From IMG/VR virus record IMGVR_UViG_3300048020_000241: a stretch of 64,000 nt of DNA. The stretch is one strand, 5' to 3'. Within the stretch, counting starts at the first letter, position 1; each line of letters begins with the position of its first letter. Positions 55,411 through 64,000 of the stretch are shown one piece after another. Below the pieces are notes generated by a model. It saw only the letters and a program-made list of their open reading frames with translations. It made no database searches and had not been told where the DNA came from. Source of the DNA: an uncultured virus (IMG/VR IMGVR_UViG_3300048020_000241). Taxonomy: Duplodnaviria > Heunggongvirae > Uroviricota > Caudoviricetes. The position numbers and the translations under genes are program-made.

Positions 55411-55741
55411 TAAACTTTACAAAGCAACTTTTAAGGGGGTTCGCAAAACTGCGAAATCTCCTTTATACAGCAACAAAAATGCTTGTTTACGGTGGGTCGC
55501 AAATAATTCACATCGTGTGCTTGGAGAGTTGTTGGTATACGAACTTGATTCAGAAAAAGCAAAACAATCCGATGATCGTGTAGCAAGTGCATACGAGTAC
55601 CCTGAATTAAGACTTGATGATGAACAAACAATTTCGGTGGAAAATTTATTGAATGCAGAAAAATTTGCATTTGATTTAGGAAGAACCACATTATTCGGAA
55701 TATTAAATTTAACGGAAGAACTTAAACTTGGTATTGCATAA
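55403..55741 (+). CDS. hypothetical protein
   Basis: 112 aa, overlaps the upstream stop. Confidence 0.55.
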   Translation: MSNKLYKATFKGVRKTAKSPLYSNKNACLRWVANNSHRVLGELLVYELDSEKAKQSDDRVASAYEYPELRLDDEQTISVENLLNAEKFAFDLGRTTLFGILNLTEELKLGIA

Positions 55742-55768
55742 TTAATCCAAATTTGTAATAATAATAAT

Positions 55769-55987
55769 ATGACAAAAGTAACAATGATTGATCCCGATGG
55801 AGGGTGGAAATATGGATTTCCAAAGATGCTACCAAACGAACTTGAAGGTAAGGATGTTACCGAGTGGTTAATTGAAAAAGGTTATCCACGTGAGGTGATT
55901 GACAAATGGAAACAATCTGACTTGGGATATCTACCTTGCAGATACTGGGAAACGGAGATAATAAATGTCACACAAGAAAACAAGTAA
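55769..55987 (+). CDS. conserved phage hypothetical protein
   Basis: IDPDGGWKYGFPK...WLIEKGYP motif. Confidence 0.7.
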   Translation: MTKVTMIDPDGGWKYGFPKMLPNELEGKDVTEWLIEKGYPREVIDKWKQSDLGYLPCRYWETEIINVTQENK

Positions 55988-56130
55988 TTTTCACCAGATA
56001 CTTCGTAATTTGACAATCGAGTTGCGAAAAGGTGACCAAATTACGATTTGGCACGATGGATACCAAGTTTGTTTTAAAAATGTAGGAACAAGTAATTTCA
56101 AAATAGTAAAAAATCAAGATAATAATAAAA

Positions 56131-57300
56131 ATGCAAGCACTAACTACTCTATATAAATTAGATACAACTGGTAAAATCCGTCAATGGACGGTCAAGGTAA
56201 AGGACAATTCGTTTTGGACTGAGCAAGGTCAAGTGGATGGTAAGATTGTAATTAACAAACCTACAATTACCACTCCCAAGAACGAAGGACGTGCTAATGC
56301 TACAACTGCTGAAGAGCAAGCAATACTTGAAGCAAAAGCAAAATATACCAAGTATCTTGATAAAGGATATGTAGAAAACATTGAAGATGTTGATAAAATC
56401 ACTTTGTATAATCCTATGCTTGCTCAGAAGTTTGAAGACCGTGTAGATGGTCTTACGTTTCCTTTATACACTCAACCCAAGTTGGATGGAGTTCGTTGTA
56501 TTGTGTATATGCAAGACGGAGAATTGGTTGCTAAGTCTCGTCAAGGAAAACCTATTGATACCGTTGTTCATATTCTTGAAGAATTGAAACCTTTTTTTGA
56601 GCAAAGTCCAAATGCAGTTCTTGATGGAGAACTTTACAATCACGATTACAAAAACGACTTTAACAAAATCATTTCACTTGTCCGCAAAATGAAACCGGTT
56701 CGTAGTGAAAAAGATACCGACAAAACATTCGCAAAGAAACAGGAAAAGTTTGCGATTGCTCTTGAAGAAGCAAAATCTAAAATTCAGTATTGGATTTATG
56801 ATGTTCCACGTGATGGTAATCTAACAGAAGCAGATGATTTTCATCCTCGTTTTTTTGGTGTGGAAATTCCAGAAACGAATTCGTGTGTAATTGTTAAAAC
56901 CGGCATCGTTAATGATATGAAACAACTTGATGAATATTATGACACTTACATGGAGTTTGGATACGAAGGACAAATCGTTCGTATAAATGGTCCTTACGAA
57001 AACAAACGAAGCAAACTTCTTCTTAAACGAAAAGACTTTACAGATGCTGAATATCTTGTTATTGGCATCAACGAAGGAGATGGTAATCGCACCGGTACTG
57101 CAAAAAACCTTGTATGCAAAGATGAAGCAACTGGTAAAATCTTTAATAGCAACATCAAGGGAACGCACGAATATCTTGCGGAAATTCTTGTGAATAAAGA
57201 AAATTATATCGGAAAGCAAGCAACCATCAAGTTCTTTGAGTTAACACCTGATGGTATTCCACGTTTTCCTTATGCTATCGCATTTCGTGATTACGAATAA
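56131..57300 (+). CDS. ATP-dependent DNA ligase with N-terminal WGR-like domain
   Basis: Motif I KLDGVRC, LDGELY, YEGQIVR, LLKRKDF; C-terminal TPDGIPRFP. Confidence 0.95.
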   Translation: MQALTTLYKLDTTGKIRQWTVKVKDNSFWTEQGQVDGKIVINKPTITTPKNEGRANATTAEEQAILEAKAKYTKYLDKGYVENIEDVDKITLYNPMLAQKFEDRVDGLTFPLYTQPKLDGVRCIVYMQDGELVAKSRQGKPIDTVVHILEELKPFFEQSPNAVLDGELYNHDYKNDFNKIISLVRKMKPVRSEKDTDKTFAKKQEKFAIALEEAKSKIQYWIYDVPRDGNLTEADDFHPRFFGVEIPETNSCVIVKTGIVNDMKQLDEYYDTYMEFGYEGQIVRINGPYENKRSKLLLKRKDFTDAEYLVIGINEGDGNRTGTAKNLVCKDEATGKIFNSNIKGTHEYLAEILVNKENYIGKQATIKFFELTPDGIPRFPYAIAFRDYE

Positions 57301-57339
57301 TCCTTGACAATACAATACTAAAATTATATTATATAAATT

Positions 57340-57576
57340 ATGATTATACAAAGTGAAACAATAATGTCGGTTGTAAGTTCTCTTGAGAAAATCGCAGATC
57401 AATCTGATGATGTCGCAAGTAGATTTCTTGCAAATGCTCTTAAAACTGCATCTGAGGAGAATCGTACTGAACTTCTATATTCAGAGAAAAACGAGTATGA
57501 GGTGTTATCAGAACGTGCTGACGCATTAAAAGGAGCAGTTACAGAAATCAAATCACAATTACAAGATAATGAGTGA
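57340..57576 (+). CDS. hypothetical protein
   Basis: Promoter TTGACA 57304-N17-TATTAT 57327. Confidence 0.6.
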   Translation: MIIQSETIMSVVSSLEKIADQSDDVASRFLANALKTASEENRTELLYSEKNEYEVLSERADALKGAVTEIKSQLQDNE

Positions 57577-57802
57577 AGAATTTCAAAAGTGTCCTGTTGT
57601 TCAAGAAACAATTTTGCGAGTAGCAGCCGATCCGTATTCAGAGAATGTTACTCATGGTGGGTTGCATCCAAGTTCTTTGGCAAAAATTGTAGAAAATGTT
57701 TTTTGGTCTGGTGACAAAAACTTTAATAGTGTTACTCTTGAAATAAAAAAAGAGTTGGATGATCATCATATATCAGTAAAAGTAGTAGAACGAGGTCACT
57801 AA
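57569..57802 (+). CDS. hypothetical protein
   Basis: Overlapping operon arrangement. Confidence 0.55.
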   Translation: MSEEFQKCPVVQETILRVAADPYSENVTHGGLHPSSLAKIVENVFWSGDKNFNSVTLEIKKELDDHHISVKVVERGH

Positions 57803-57803
57803 T

Positions 57804-57832
57804 TTGACAATAACGATAGGTTGTGGTATAAT
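57804..57832 (+). promoter_or_regulatory. consensus sigma70 promoter
   Basis: TTGACA 57804, N17, TATAAT 57827 with TG extension; ATG 57838. Confidence 0.85.
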
Positions 57833-57837
57833 ACAGT

Positions 57838-58113
57838 ATGAGCAATAAAAAAAGATATAGTGAAACTCCTATTCACGAATATCGTATTAAATATTTGACG
57901 AAAGGAGCAACTGTACCTAATTATCACTATTATATGTGTGAAGATGCAGAACAGGCACTTGCATTTCAATTAGAAATGGCAAAACACAAAAAGTGGGAAT
58001 TTGAAATTCTTAAAATAGAAAAATTTTTTAAATACGCAGATAAATGGGTAGATGAAAGTGATGTAATCACAGATGACAATAAATACATAACAAAGGATAT
58101 GCATAATGAGTAA
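57838..58113 (+). CDS. hypothetical protein
   Basis: 91 aa, probably leaderless. Confidence 0.6.
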   Translation: MSNKKRYSETPIHEYRIKYLTKGATVPNYHYYMCEDAEQALAFQLEMAKHKKWEFEILKIEKFFKYADKWVDESDVITDDNKYITKDMHNE

Positions 58114-58405
58114 CTTATACGAAATTCCAATTCAAAAAGATGAAGAAACAGACGAATGTTTTTTTGAATTACCTGATGCTTTGCTAAATAATCTTGGGTG
58201 GAAACCTGGTGACGATTTAAAGTGGGAAGAAACAAATGAAGGAGTTCGTCTTAGAAAAGTAAAATATCAAACGGTTGAACTTGAACTTGACGAAGAAGAT
58301 TATGTAAAGTATTTAAAGTATGCTCACGAAAACAATATGAGTTTCAATGAGTTGGCAGAAAACGCAGTAAAAGAAGCAATGGAGAAAAAAAATGGAACAA
58401 CTTGA
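58106..58405 (+). CDS. AbrB/MazE/SpoVT-like DNA-binding protein
   Basis: FELPDALLNNLGWKPGDDLKW followed by an RHH-like segment. Confidence 0.7.
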   Translation: MSNLYEIPIQKDEETDECFFELPDALLNNLGWKPGDDLKWEETNEGVRLRKVKYQTVELELDEEDYVKYLKYAHENNMSFNELAENAVKEAMEKKNGTT

Positions 58406-59616
58406 AGCAGATATGTCAGATACTTACAATATCTTCAATGAACTTGAAACAATATTGTACAAGGTAGGAGATGCTCCAACACAACCTACCGAAGATCAAC
58501 TAATGAATATGCTCATCGGAGTAATTGATTTGCACAAAGTTCGTTACGAAAAAATGTGGGCATCTTGGAACGAATTTCAAAAACAAAATACCAAAGTTGA
58601 TATTACGATATGAGTAAAAAACCTTCGTATGAAGAATTCACAAAAGATTGGTCTATCAGCCAGAAAATTAAATTTTATTACGAGGTTGATATAGATAATT
58701 TTGATGGAGATATAAATGAAGTCATACGACATATATCTCATGAGGTTACTCGCATTCAACAATTTGAATCAGAATTTAAACAATACCTAATAGAAAAAGA
58801 ATACATACAATGAGCGAAATAACAACTGGAGAAGAAGTAACAATTAAACTAAGTCACTATACCGATGAATTTGGTGGAACGCAATATGATTGGGATGCAA
58901 TCATTGAAGAAGCAGAGCAACAAATAAAAGAAACCACAGGTCGTGATGTCGGTGTGTGGATGAGTGAGTAATGAGTGAACAAATAACAGAAAGTGTATAT
59001 TTTGATCGTGGGTACAATAAAGGATTTGTATCTGGTTTAAAAAGAGCATTTGAGTTGGTTGACCAACTTGGTGATTTTTATGAAAATGGAGTGGGTATAT
59101 CAGAAAATGCAACAGATGAAGAAAAACTATTTCACGAAAATTCAAGAAAGAGTCAAGTGAATGCGTGTCGTTATGCCCAACACCTCATTCGCAAAAATTC
59201 ATTTGGAGAAGAAGATTTACCTTGGTGATTATGAATACAATTAAAGAAAAATATAAAACTACATTAAATCATCGTCTTGAGTGTATTCAAGAAGATTTGG
59301 CAGTATTAGTGGATTTCATTGAAAAGCAAAATCTAACAGAAGCATTCAAAAAAAGCACAGAGTTTGCTGAAGAAGCATGGCATCATATCAGTAACATTGA
59401 AATTGCGTGTGATTTGAAAGATGATGCTCCTAACGAATGGAGTTGTGCTTCTTGTAAATGAATAAATTAGTTTCAATATTTGCGTGTATTTTAATTTACG
59501 GATTGGGATTTTTACACGGCAATAGTTCAGATAGTAAACTAGTTGGTTATATCGTGTGTGGTATCATTGGTTATTTTGTTGGTACTGCAATTTATCAATA
59601 TTTTAAAAGAAGTTAA
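58392..59616 (+). other. run of six small coupled hypothetical ORFs (58392..58613, 58610..58813, 58810..58971, 58971..59228, 59231..59461, 59458..59616)
   Basis: Mostly ATGA/TAATG overlaps; the last ORF is a 52-aa membrane protein. Confidence 0.55.
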
Positions 59617-59618
59617 TT

Positions 59619-59879
59619 ATGAAAATTAAACTTGGAGTGCGTGGAAATTCCGATGCCGTAAAAGGGATTATCATAAAAATGGATGATCTTATGCTTGTTA
59701 CTGCTGATAATATATTTTTTATTGGTGAGGAAAGTCGTAATAAGATGGGAAAGAACATTGTTGCTTTGCTTGATTCTTTGAGCAAAGAGCATGAAATAGA
59801 AATCGGAGAAAAGGTAGTACCTATGATAGAATCCGAATTAAACTTAAAAGAAGGAACATTTAACAAATATCGTAAATGA
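59619..59879 (+). CDS. hypothetical protein
   Basis: 86-aa ORF. Confidence 0.55.
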   Translation: MKIKLGVRGNSDAVKGIIIKMDDLMLVTADNIFFIGEESRNKMGKNIVALLDSLSKEHEIEIGEKVVPMIESELNLKEGTFNKYRK

Positions 59880-59891
59880 TAATAACTTCTT

Positions 59892-60419
59892 ATGAAGAAT
59901 AAAAAAGAAATAGGATTTTTATATGGCAATCTACTTGATTTTCCATATGGAATAAATACGATAGCACATTGTTGCAATACTATGAATGTGATGGGTGCAG
60001 GTATTGCAAAATCAATTGCAGAAAGATACCCACAAGCAAAAGAAGCAGATGATGAATGTGCAAAAATTGGACAAAATGAATTAGGAGAAAGAAGTTTTGC
60101 GGAAGTTGAAATAGAAGATGCAAATACATTTCCACATCAGGAGTTCGGAAAAAATACACGCAAATGTAAAATCTATAATTTGTACACTCAGGATGGTATA
60201 GGTTTTGGTCGTGAAGTAAATTATGAAGCATTGTATCGTAATCTGCATTTAATGCGAAATGCATTAAACAATGATCCTAATTGTGTTCTTGGTTTACCGT
60301 ATCAAATGAGTAGTGGACTTGCAGGAGGAAGTTGGGAAATTGTAAATGCCATGATCAACACAATATTTGCATCTGATGCAACTTATTTTAAAACTTATAT
60401 AGTAAAATACGAACCATAA
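59892..60419 (+). CDS. macro domain protein (T4 Tk.4-like ADP-ribose processing)
   Basis: GNLL...IAHCCNTMNVMGAGIAKSI...YP, YNLYTQ, SSGLAGGSW. Confidence 0.9.
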   Translation: MKNKKEIGFLYGNLLDFPYGINTIAHCCNTMNVMGAGIAKSIAERYPQAKEADDECAKIGQNELGERSFAEVEIEDANTFPHQEFGKNTRKCKIYNLYTQDGIGFGREVNYEALYRNLHLMRNALNNDPNCVLGLPYQMSSGLAGGSWEIVNAMINTIFASDATYFKTYIVKYEP

Positions 60420-60445
60420 GTTGATTTGCTAAATATATATATTTT

Positions 60446-61042
60446 ATGAAATTAAGTACACTTAAATCTATTGTTAAAGAGGAAGTTAAAAATCTTCTTA
60501 CAAGCAAACCAAAAATGTCAAAGCATCTTGAGTATCACATGGAAAATCACTCAACATTAGTTGAAGGGGTATTTCGTTATGGTTCTGACTCTTATATTGA
60601 TTTGTTTGAAGAAGCAAGAACTCTTCACGGAAAAAATAAAATTCAGTTAAGTGAGGTAGATCAGCATTTGATTGAGAATACAGATATTGGTAAATGGGGT
60701 GAATATAATGAAATGCGTGTTCCATTGGATTGTCCGTTTCAAATTCATGAATCAGAATATCAAGGAAAAGATGTTGAACTCAACAAACCAAAACGTGGTG
60801 GAAAAAAGAAGTTTTATGTTTATGTAAAAGACCCAAGTAGTGGAAACATCAAGAAAGTATCATTTGGTGATACCACGGGATTAAGTGTAAAGTTCAAAGA
60901 TCCTGAAAAACGCAAAGCATTTGCTGATCGTCATAATTGTTCTACCAAGAAAGATAGAACCAAAGCAGGATATTGGTCTTGTAATCTTCCTCGTTATGCA
61001 AAGCAACTTGGAATGGGTGATAACCAAAATACCTATTGGTAA
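60446..61042 (+). CDS. conserved phage protein, putative virion-internal
   Basis: MKLSTLKSIVKEEV leader; ELNKPKRGGKKKFYVYVKDP...KVSFGD...RHNC...AGYWSC domain. Confidence 0.65.
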   Translation: MKLSTLKSIVKEEVKNLLTSKPKMSKHLEYHMENHSTLVEGVFRYGSDSYIDLFEEARTLHGKNKIQLSEVDQHLIENTDIGKWGEYNEMRVPLDCPFQIHESEYQGKDVELNKPKRGGKKKFYVYVKDPSSGNIKKVSFGDTTGLSVKFKDPEKRKAFADRHNCSTKKDRTKAGYWSCNLPRYAKQLGMGDNQNTYW

Positions 61043-61567
61043 ATGAAACTTGGTAGTTTAGTTTCCGAAATACAATTAGAAAGCAAACTCGGTGATGAGT
61101 TTGCAGATATCGGTGACGAACTTGCACAAGAATTAAAAGACGAACTTGAAAACCAAGATGAATTAAACGAGGTGGTAATGAGCATCGTTGCTTATGTAAT
61201 GTTAAGCAACGGAATAATGGGACTTACAAGTAAACTCGTTAAAAGAATTAGCAAGAAATATAATTTTGGTAAGGGTCAAGTAGCCGCAGAGAAAATAGAA
61301 GCATTTGCAAAAGCAAACGATGATCGTTTTATGTATCCAATTCGTAAAGCAGTTTCATTGTTTACCAAAGATGAAAAGAAAATAAAAAAGGTCACTCATA
61401 TTCTATTTGCGATTGCTGTGCTAAGTATGGCATTAAACGCAGGTATGGAAGTATTTGATTTAATTAAAAATTCTGACTTTATGCAAAGTTCAGTTAACTC
61501 GTTGAGAACGGCTGTGGGTGGTACAAAAGTACACGCACTCGTTAGAACAATAGCAAAATTATTGTGA
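61043..61567 (+). CDS. putative virion-internal protein with hydrophobic helices
   Basis: MKLGSLVSEIQLE and LNE motifs before a hydrophobic segment. Confidence 0.55.
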   Translation: MKLGSLVSEIQLESKLGDEFADIGDELAQELKDELENQDELNEVVMSIVAYVMLSNGIMGLTSKLVKRISKKYNFGKGQVAAEKIEAFAKANDDRFMYPIRKAVSLFTKDEKKIKKVTHILFAIAVLSMALNAGMEVFDLIKNSDFMQSSVNSLRTAVGGTKVHALVRTIAKLL

Positions 61568-61827
61568 ACCCATACACTGAGCAAAAAATTTGGCACAACA
61601 CTTATCTTCGCACTTTTTCTGCGGATACACCTGAAACCGATTTAATATGGCATCTTGATCGTGAGGACCGTGTTATAGAAGCAACTCATTATACTGATTG
61701 GAAGTTTCAGTTTGATGATGAATTGCCGGTGTCTTTGAACAATTTAATTACTATCCCAAAAAATACATTCCATAGAATCATCAAAGGAACTGATGATTGT
61801 ACAATTAGAATTACGAAGTATGAATAA
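61564..61827 (+). CDS. cupin-like conserved phage protein
   Basis: LIWHLDREDR...WKFQFDDELP...IPKNTFHRIIKG. Confidence 0.7.
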   Translation: MNPYTEQKIWHNTYLRTFSADTPETDLIWHLDREDRVIEATHYTDWKFQFDDELPVSLNNLITIPKNTFHRIIKGTDDCTIRITKYE

Positions 61828-62647
61828 AAAGTTAATTGAAATAAAAAACAAAATTACTGAGATGGTCAATAAAGGTGAACACGTAGATAAAGTAATTGAG
61901 AAAACAACTTTATATTTAAGCACGAAGGAAAAAATAGAACTAAAATTGCTATTTGAAGATGCCATGCGAACACATCGATTAAACGCAGAAAATTGGACGC
62001 AAACAGATTTAATATTTCCATTAAGTGAGATATTGAAATCCAGATTGTTTGTATATCCAGAGTCAAGTGAACAATACTATGGATATGAACCAAGTCCACT
62101 TGAACAAAAAATACAAAGATGGAAAGAGTTGGAAAATGAAGAAGGTGGTTTGTACGCATTAATTTACAATGACATAGAAAAACGAAATAAAGCAATTTAT
62201 GATTTAGCAGACAAAGTAGCAAGAAATAATCAATCCAATATTGACTTGGGAATTTTTATAAGTGAACTAGATAAGCATATTACAAGATACTCAAGTGATA
62301 TAGATTTAATGTCAGGTTTACATCTTCGTTATAGTATTCCACAAAAAAATATATTAGTGTGGGATACTTTAACTTGTGCTGAAAATATAGGAGGAACAAA
62401 TTCGCAAACTTTTGGTAGATACAAAATCTCTTGTAAGTTTCAATGGGAAATTCTCAATAGAACTCCTGAACCAGAGGTAGGTTATCTTCAAATAGAAGAA
62501 AACGATGATGTCAAAAATTTAAGTGATTCGTTTAGTCCTATTTTTGTGGAAATGGTGGAAAACTTTTATGATCTTGATAAAAAATTAGATTTACTATATA
62601 ATATACTTAATGATATTAGACAAACAAACGATAGAGTCACAGACTGA
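61820..62647 (+). CDS. hypothetical protein
   Basis: ATG 61820 overlapping the upstream stop. Confidence 0.55.
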   Translation: MNKKLIEIKNKITEMVNKGEHVDKVIEKTTLYLSTKEKIELKLLFEDAMRTHRLNAENWTQTDLIFPLSEILKSRLFVYPESSEQYYGYEPSPLEQKIQRWKELENEEGGLYALIYNDIEKRNKAIYDLADKVARNNQSNIDLGIFISELDKHITRYSSDIDLMSGLHLRYSIPQKNILVWDTLTCAENIGGTNSQTFGRYKISCKFQWEILNRTPEPEVGYLQIEENDDVKNLSDSFSPIFVEMVENFYDLDKKLDLLYNILNDIRQTNDRVTD

Positions 62648-63620
62648 ATATTTTCTATCAGAATTTGAAAGATTACTTGTTTGTGAAATAGAATCTTTAG
62701 ACAAACGAGTTCAGTATCTTGTAGACTTCGTATTAAAAAATAAAGGAAAACGACTTAGACCTTTGTTGGTTCATAGTTGTTGTGATATTAAAACCAAGCA
62801 TACATTTGATGATGCAATAAAAGCAAGTATTATTGTTGAACTAATTCACATCGCAACATTGATTCACGATGATGTAATTGATAACGCAAATGTTCGTAGA
62901 AATCAAGCAACACTTCACAGCATCACTAAAGCAAATGAAGCAATTTTGGTAGGAGACATTTTATTTTCACACGCACTTGAAATGGCATCTTCGTTTCCTG
63001 ATACAATGGTATGTCGTGAAGTAGCATCGGCAGTTAAGTTGACCTGCATGGGTGAAGTAAGTCAATCATTTGCTCAATGCAACTATGACACTACACTTGA
63101 AGAATACGAAGATATTCTGATTGGTAAAACAGGTAAACTATTTGCGTGTGCGTGTCGGTTGGGAGCAAGATTAAGTAATCAAAAAATAAATGTCGTTGGA
63201 AGTGTAGAACGATTCGCAGAAAATCTCGGACTTGCTTATCAATTATACGATGACACAGTTGATGTATTTGGTTCAGAAAGTAATGCTCATAAAACATTAA
63301 AGACCGATTTGAAAACAGGTAAAGTAACATTGCCTGTTATATTACTTTTGCAAAGTTGTTGCGAAGAAGAAAGAAAACCAATCATAGATTTATTTCAAAA
63401 TTATGATGTGTGCAATATAGGTGACTTTGACGATAATGCAAATAAACTTAATGAACTATTTGAAGCATATTCTATCAAACAAAAATGTTGCGACATCATT
63501 GCGAACAAAATAAACGAAATCAAAAACTGTATTGCTAACATTAGTTATTTACCAATATCAGATAGAATGAAATCTATATCAGAAAATGTTTGCAATAAAA
63601 TCCAAAACACTATAGTATAA
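62610..63620 (+). CDS. polyprenyl diphosphate synthase (IspB-like)
   Basis: GKRLRP, ELIHIATLIHDDVID...RR (FARM), AILVGD, KTGKLF, AYQLYDDTVD (SARM), DLKTGKVTLP. Confidence 0.93.
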   Translation: MILDKQTIESQTEYFLSEFERLLVCEIESLDKRVQYLVDFVLKNKGKRLRPLLVHSCCDIKTKHTFDDAIKASIIVELIHIATLIHDDVIDNANVRRNQATLHSITKANEAILVGDILFSHALEMASSFPDTMVCREVASAVKLTCMGEVSQSFAQCNYDTTLEEYEDILIGKTGKLFACACRLGARLSNQKINVVGSVERFAENLGLAYQLYDDTVDVFGSESNAHKTLKTDLKTGKVTLPVILLLQSCCEEERKPIIDLFQNYDVCNIGDFDDNANKLNELFEAYSIKQKCCDIIANKINEIKNCIANISYLPISDRMKSISENVCNKIQNTIV

Positions 63621-63627
63621 TATTATT

Positions 63628-64000
63628 ATGACAACAGGAACTATTAAAACAAATGCTGGCTCAATGAAGATTGAGTTTTATGATAACGATGCACCTAACA
63701 CAGTGAAGAACTTTTGTGATTTGGCAAATAAAGGATTTTATGAAGGATTGAATTTTCATAGAGTGATACCTGGATTTGTGGCACAGGGTGGTTGTCCAGA
63801 CGGAACTGGTGCAGGTGGACCGGGTTATACAATTGATTGTGAAACGCAAGGTGGTAATCAATATCACGATAAAGGAGTATTGAGCATGGCACACGCAGGA
63901 CCTAACACAGGAGGTTCTCAATTCTTTTTAGTCCACACTCGTCAAGCAACGCAACATCTTGATGGTGGTCACACCTGCTTTGGTAAGGTTACAGTGGGTT
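63628..64000 (+). CDS. cyclophilin-type peptidyl-prolyl isomerase (3'-truncated; absent from the ORF track)
   Basis: APNTVKNF...FHRVIPGFVAQGGCP...GVLSMAHAGPNTGGSQFF...HLDGGHTCFGKV. Confidence 0.95.
   Translation, partial: MTTGTIKTNAGSMKIEFYDNDAPNTVKNFCDLANKGFYEGLNFHRVIPGFVAQGGCPDGTGAGGPGYTIDCETQGGNQYHDKGVLSMAHAGPNTGGSQFFLVHTRQATQHLDGGHTCFGKVTVG

Noticed and set aside
33831..57300. Inteins or introns in the polymerase or ligase
   Set aside because: Both ORFs are compact and continuous, with no splicing motifs or homing endonuclease inserts seen.
1..64000. Stop-codon reassignment
   Set aside because: Long ORFs are intact under the standard code, and TAA, TAG and TGA all end genes at sensible boundaries.

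Overview
An AT-rich, densely coding 64-kb segment of a large tailed (jumbo-type) bacteriophage genome. All genes but one are on the + strand and the genetic code is standard. I saw no rRNA, tRNA, CRISPR array, integrase or reverse transcriptase. Several host-type genes suggest a PVC-superphylum host, probably a verrucomicrobium: a DUF1549/DUF1553 CxxCH protein with an SHD1-like domain paired with a Tat-exported DUF1501 protein, and a secreted HExxH protein with a Trp-rich Opitutae-type C-terminal domain. Recognisable genes are ClpP, a MoxR/CobS-type AAA+ ATPase with a VWA partner, a PHP-less DnaE-type polymerase, an ATP-dependent DNA ligase, an MvaI/BcnI-family nuclease, a macro domain, a polyprenyl synthase and a cyclophilin. 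There are also two sets of large virion-surface-like proteins and a cluster of putative capsid-internal proteins with (I/L/V)xE processing motifs. The notable architecture has four parts. (1) Sixteen copies of a conserved promoter/leader element delimit gene cassettes and often supply the upstream stop codon. (2) Four fibre-like proteins share one N-terminal anchor domain and carry swappable modules joined by DNA-conserved linkers. (3) Two of those genes appear inserted into a promoter with a 26-bp duplication. (4) A small covarying RNA hairpin motif occurs twice. All family assignments come from motif recognition by eye; no searches were run.
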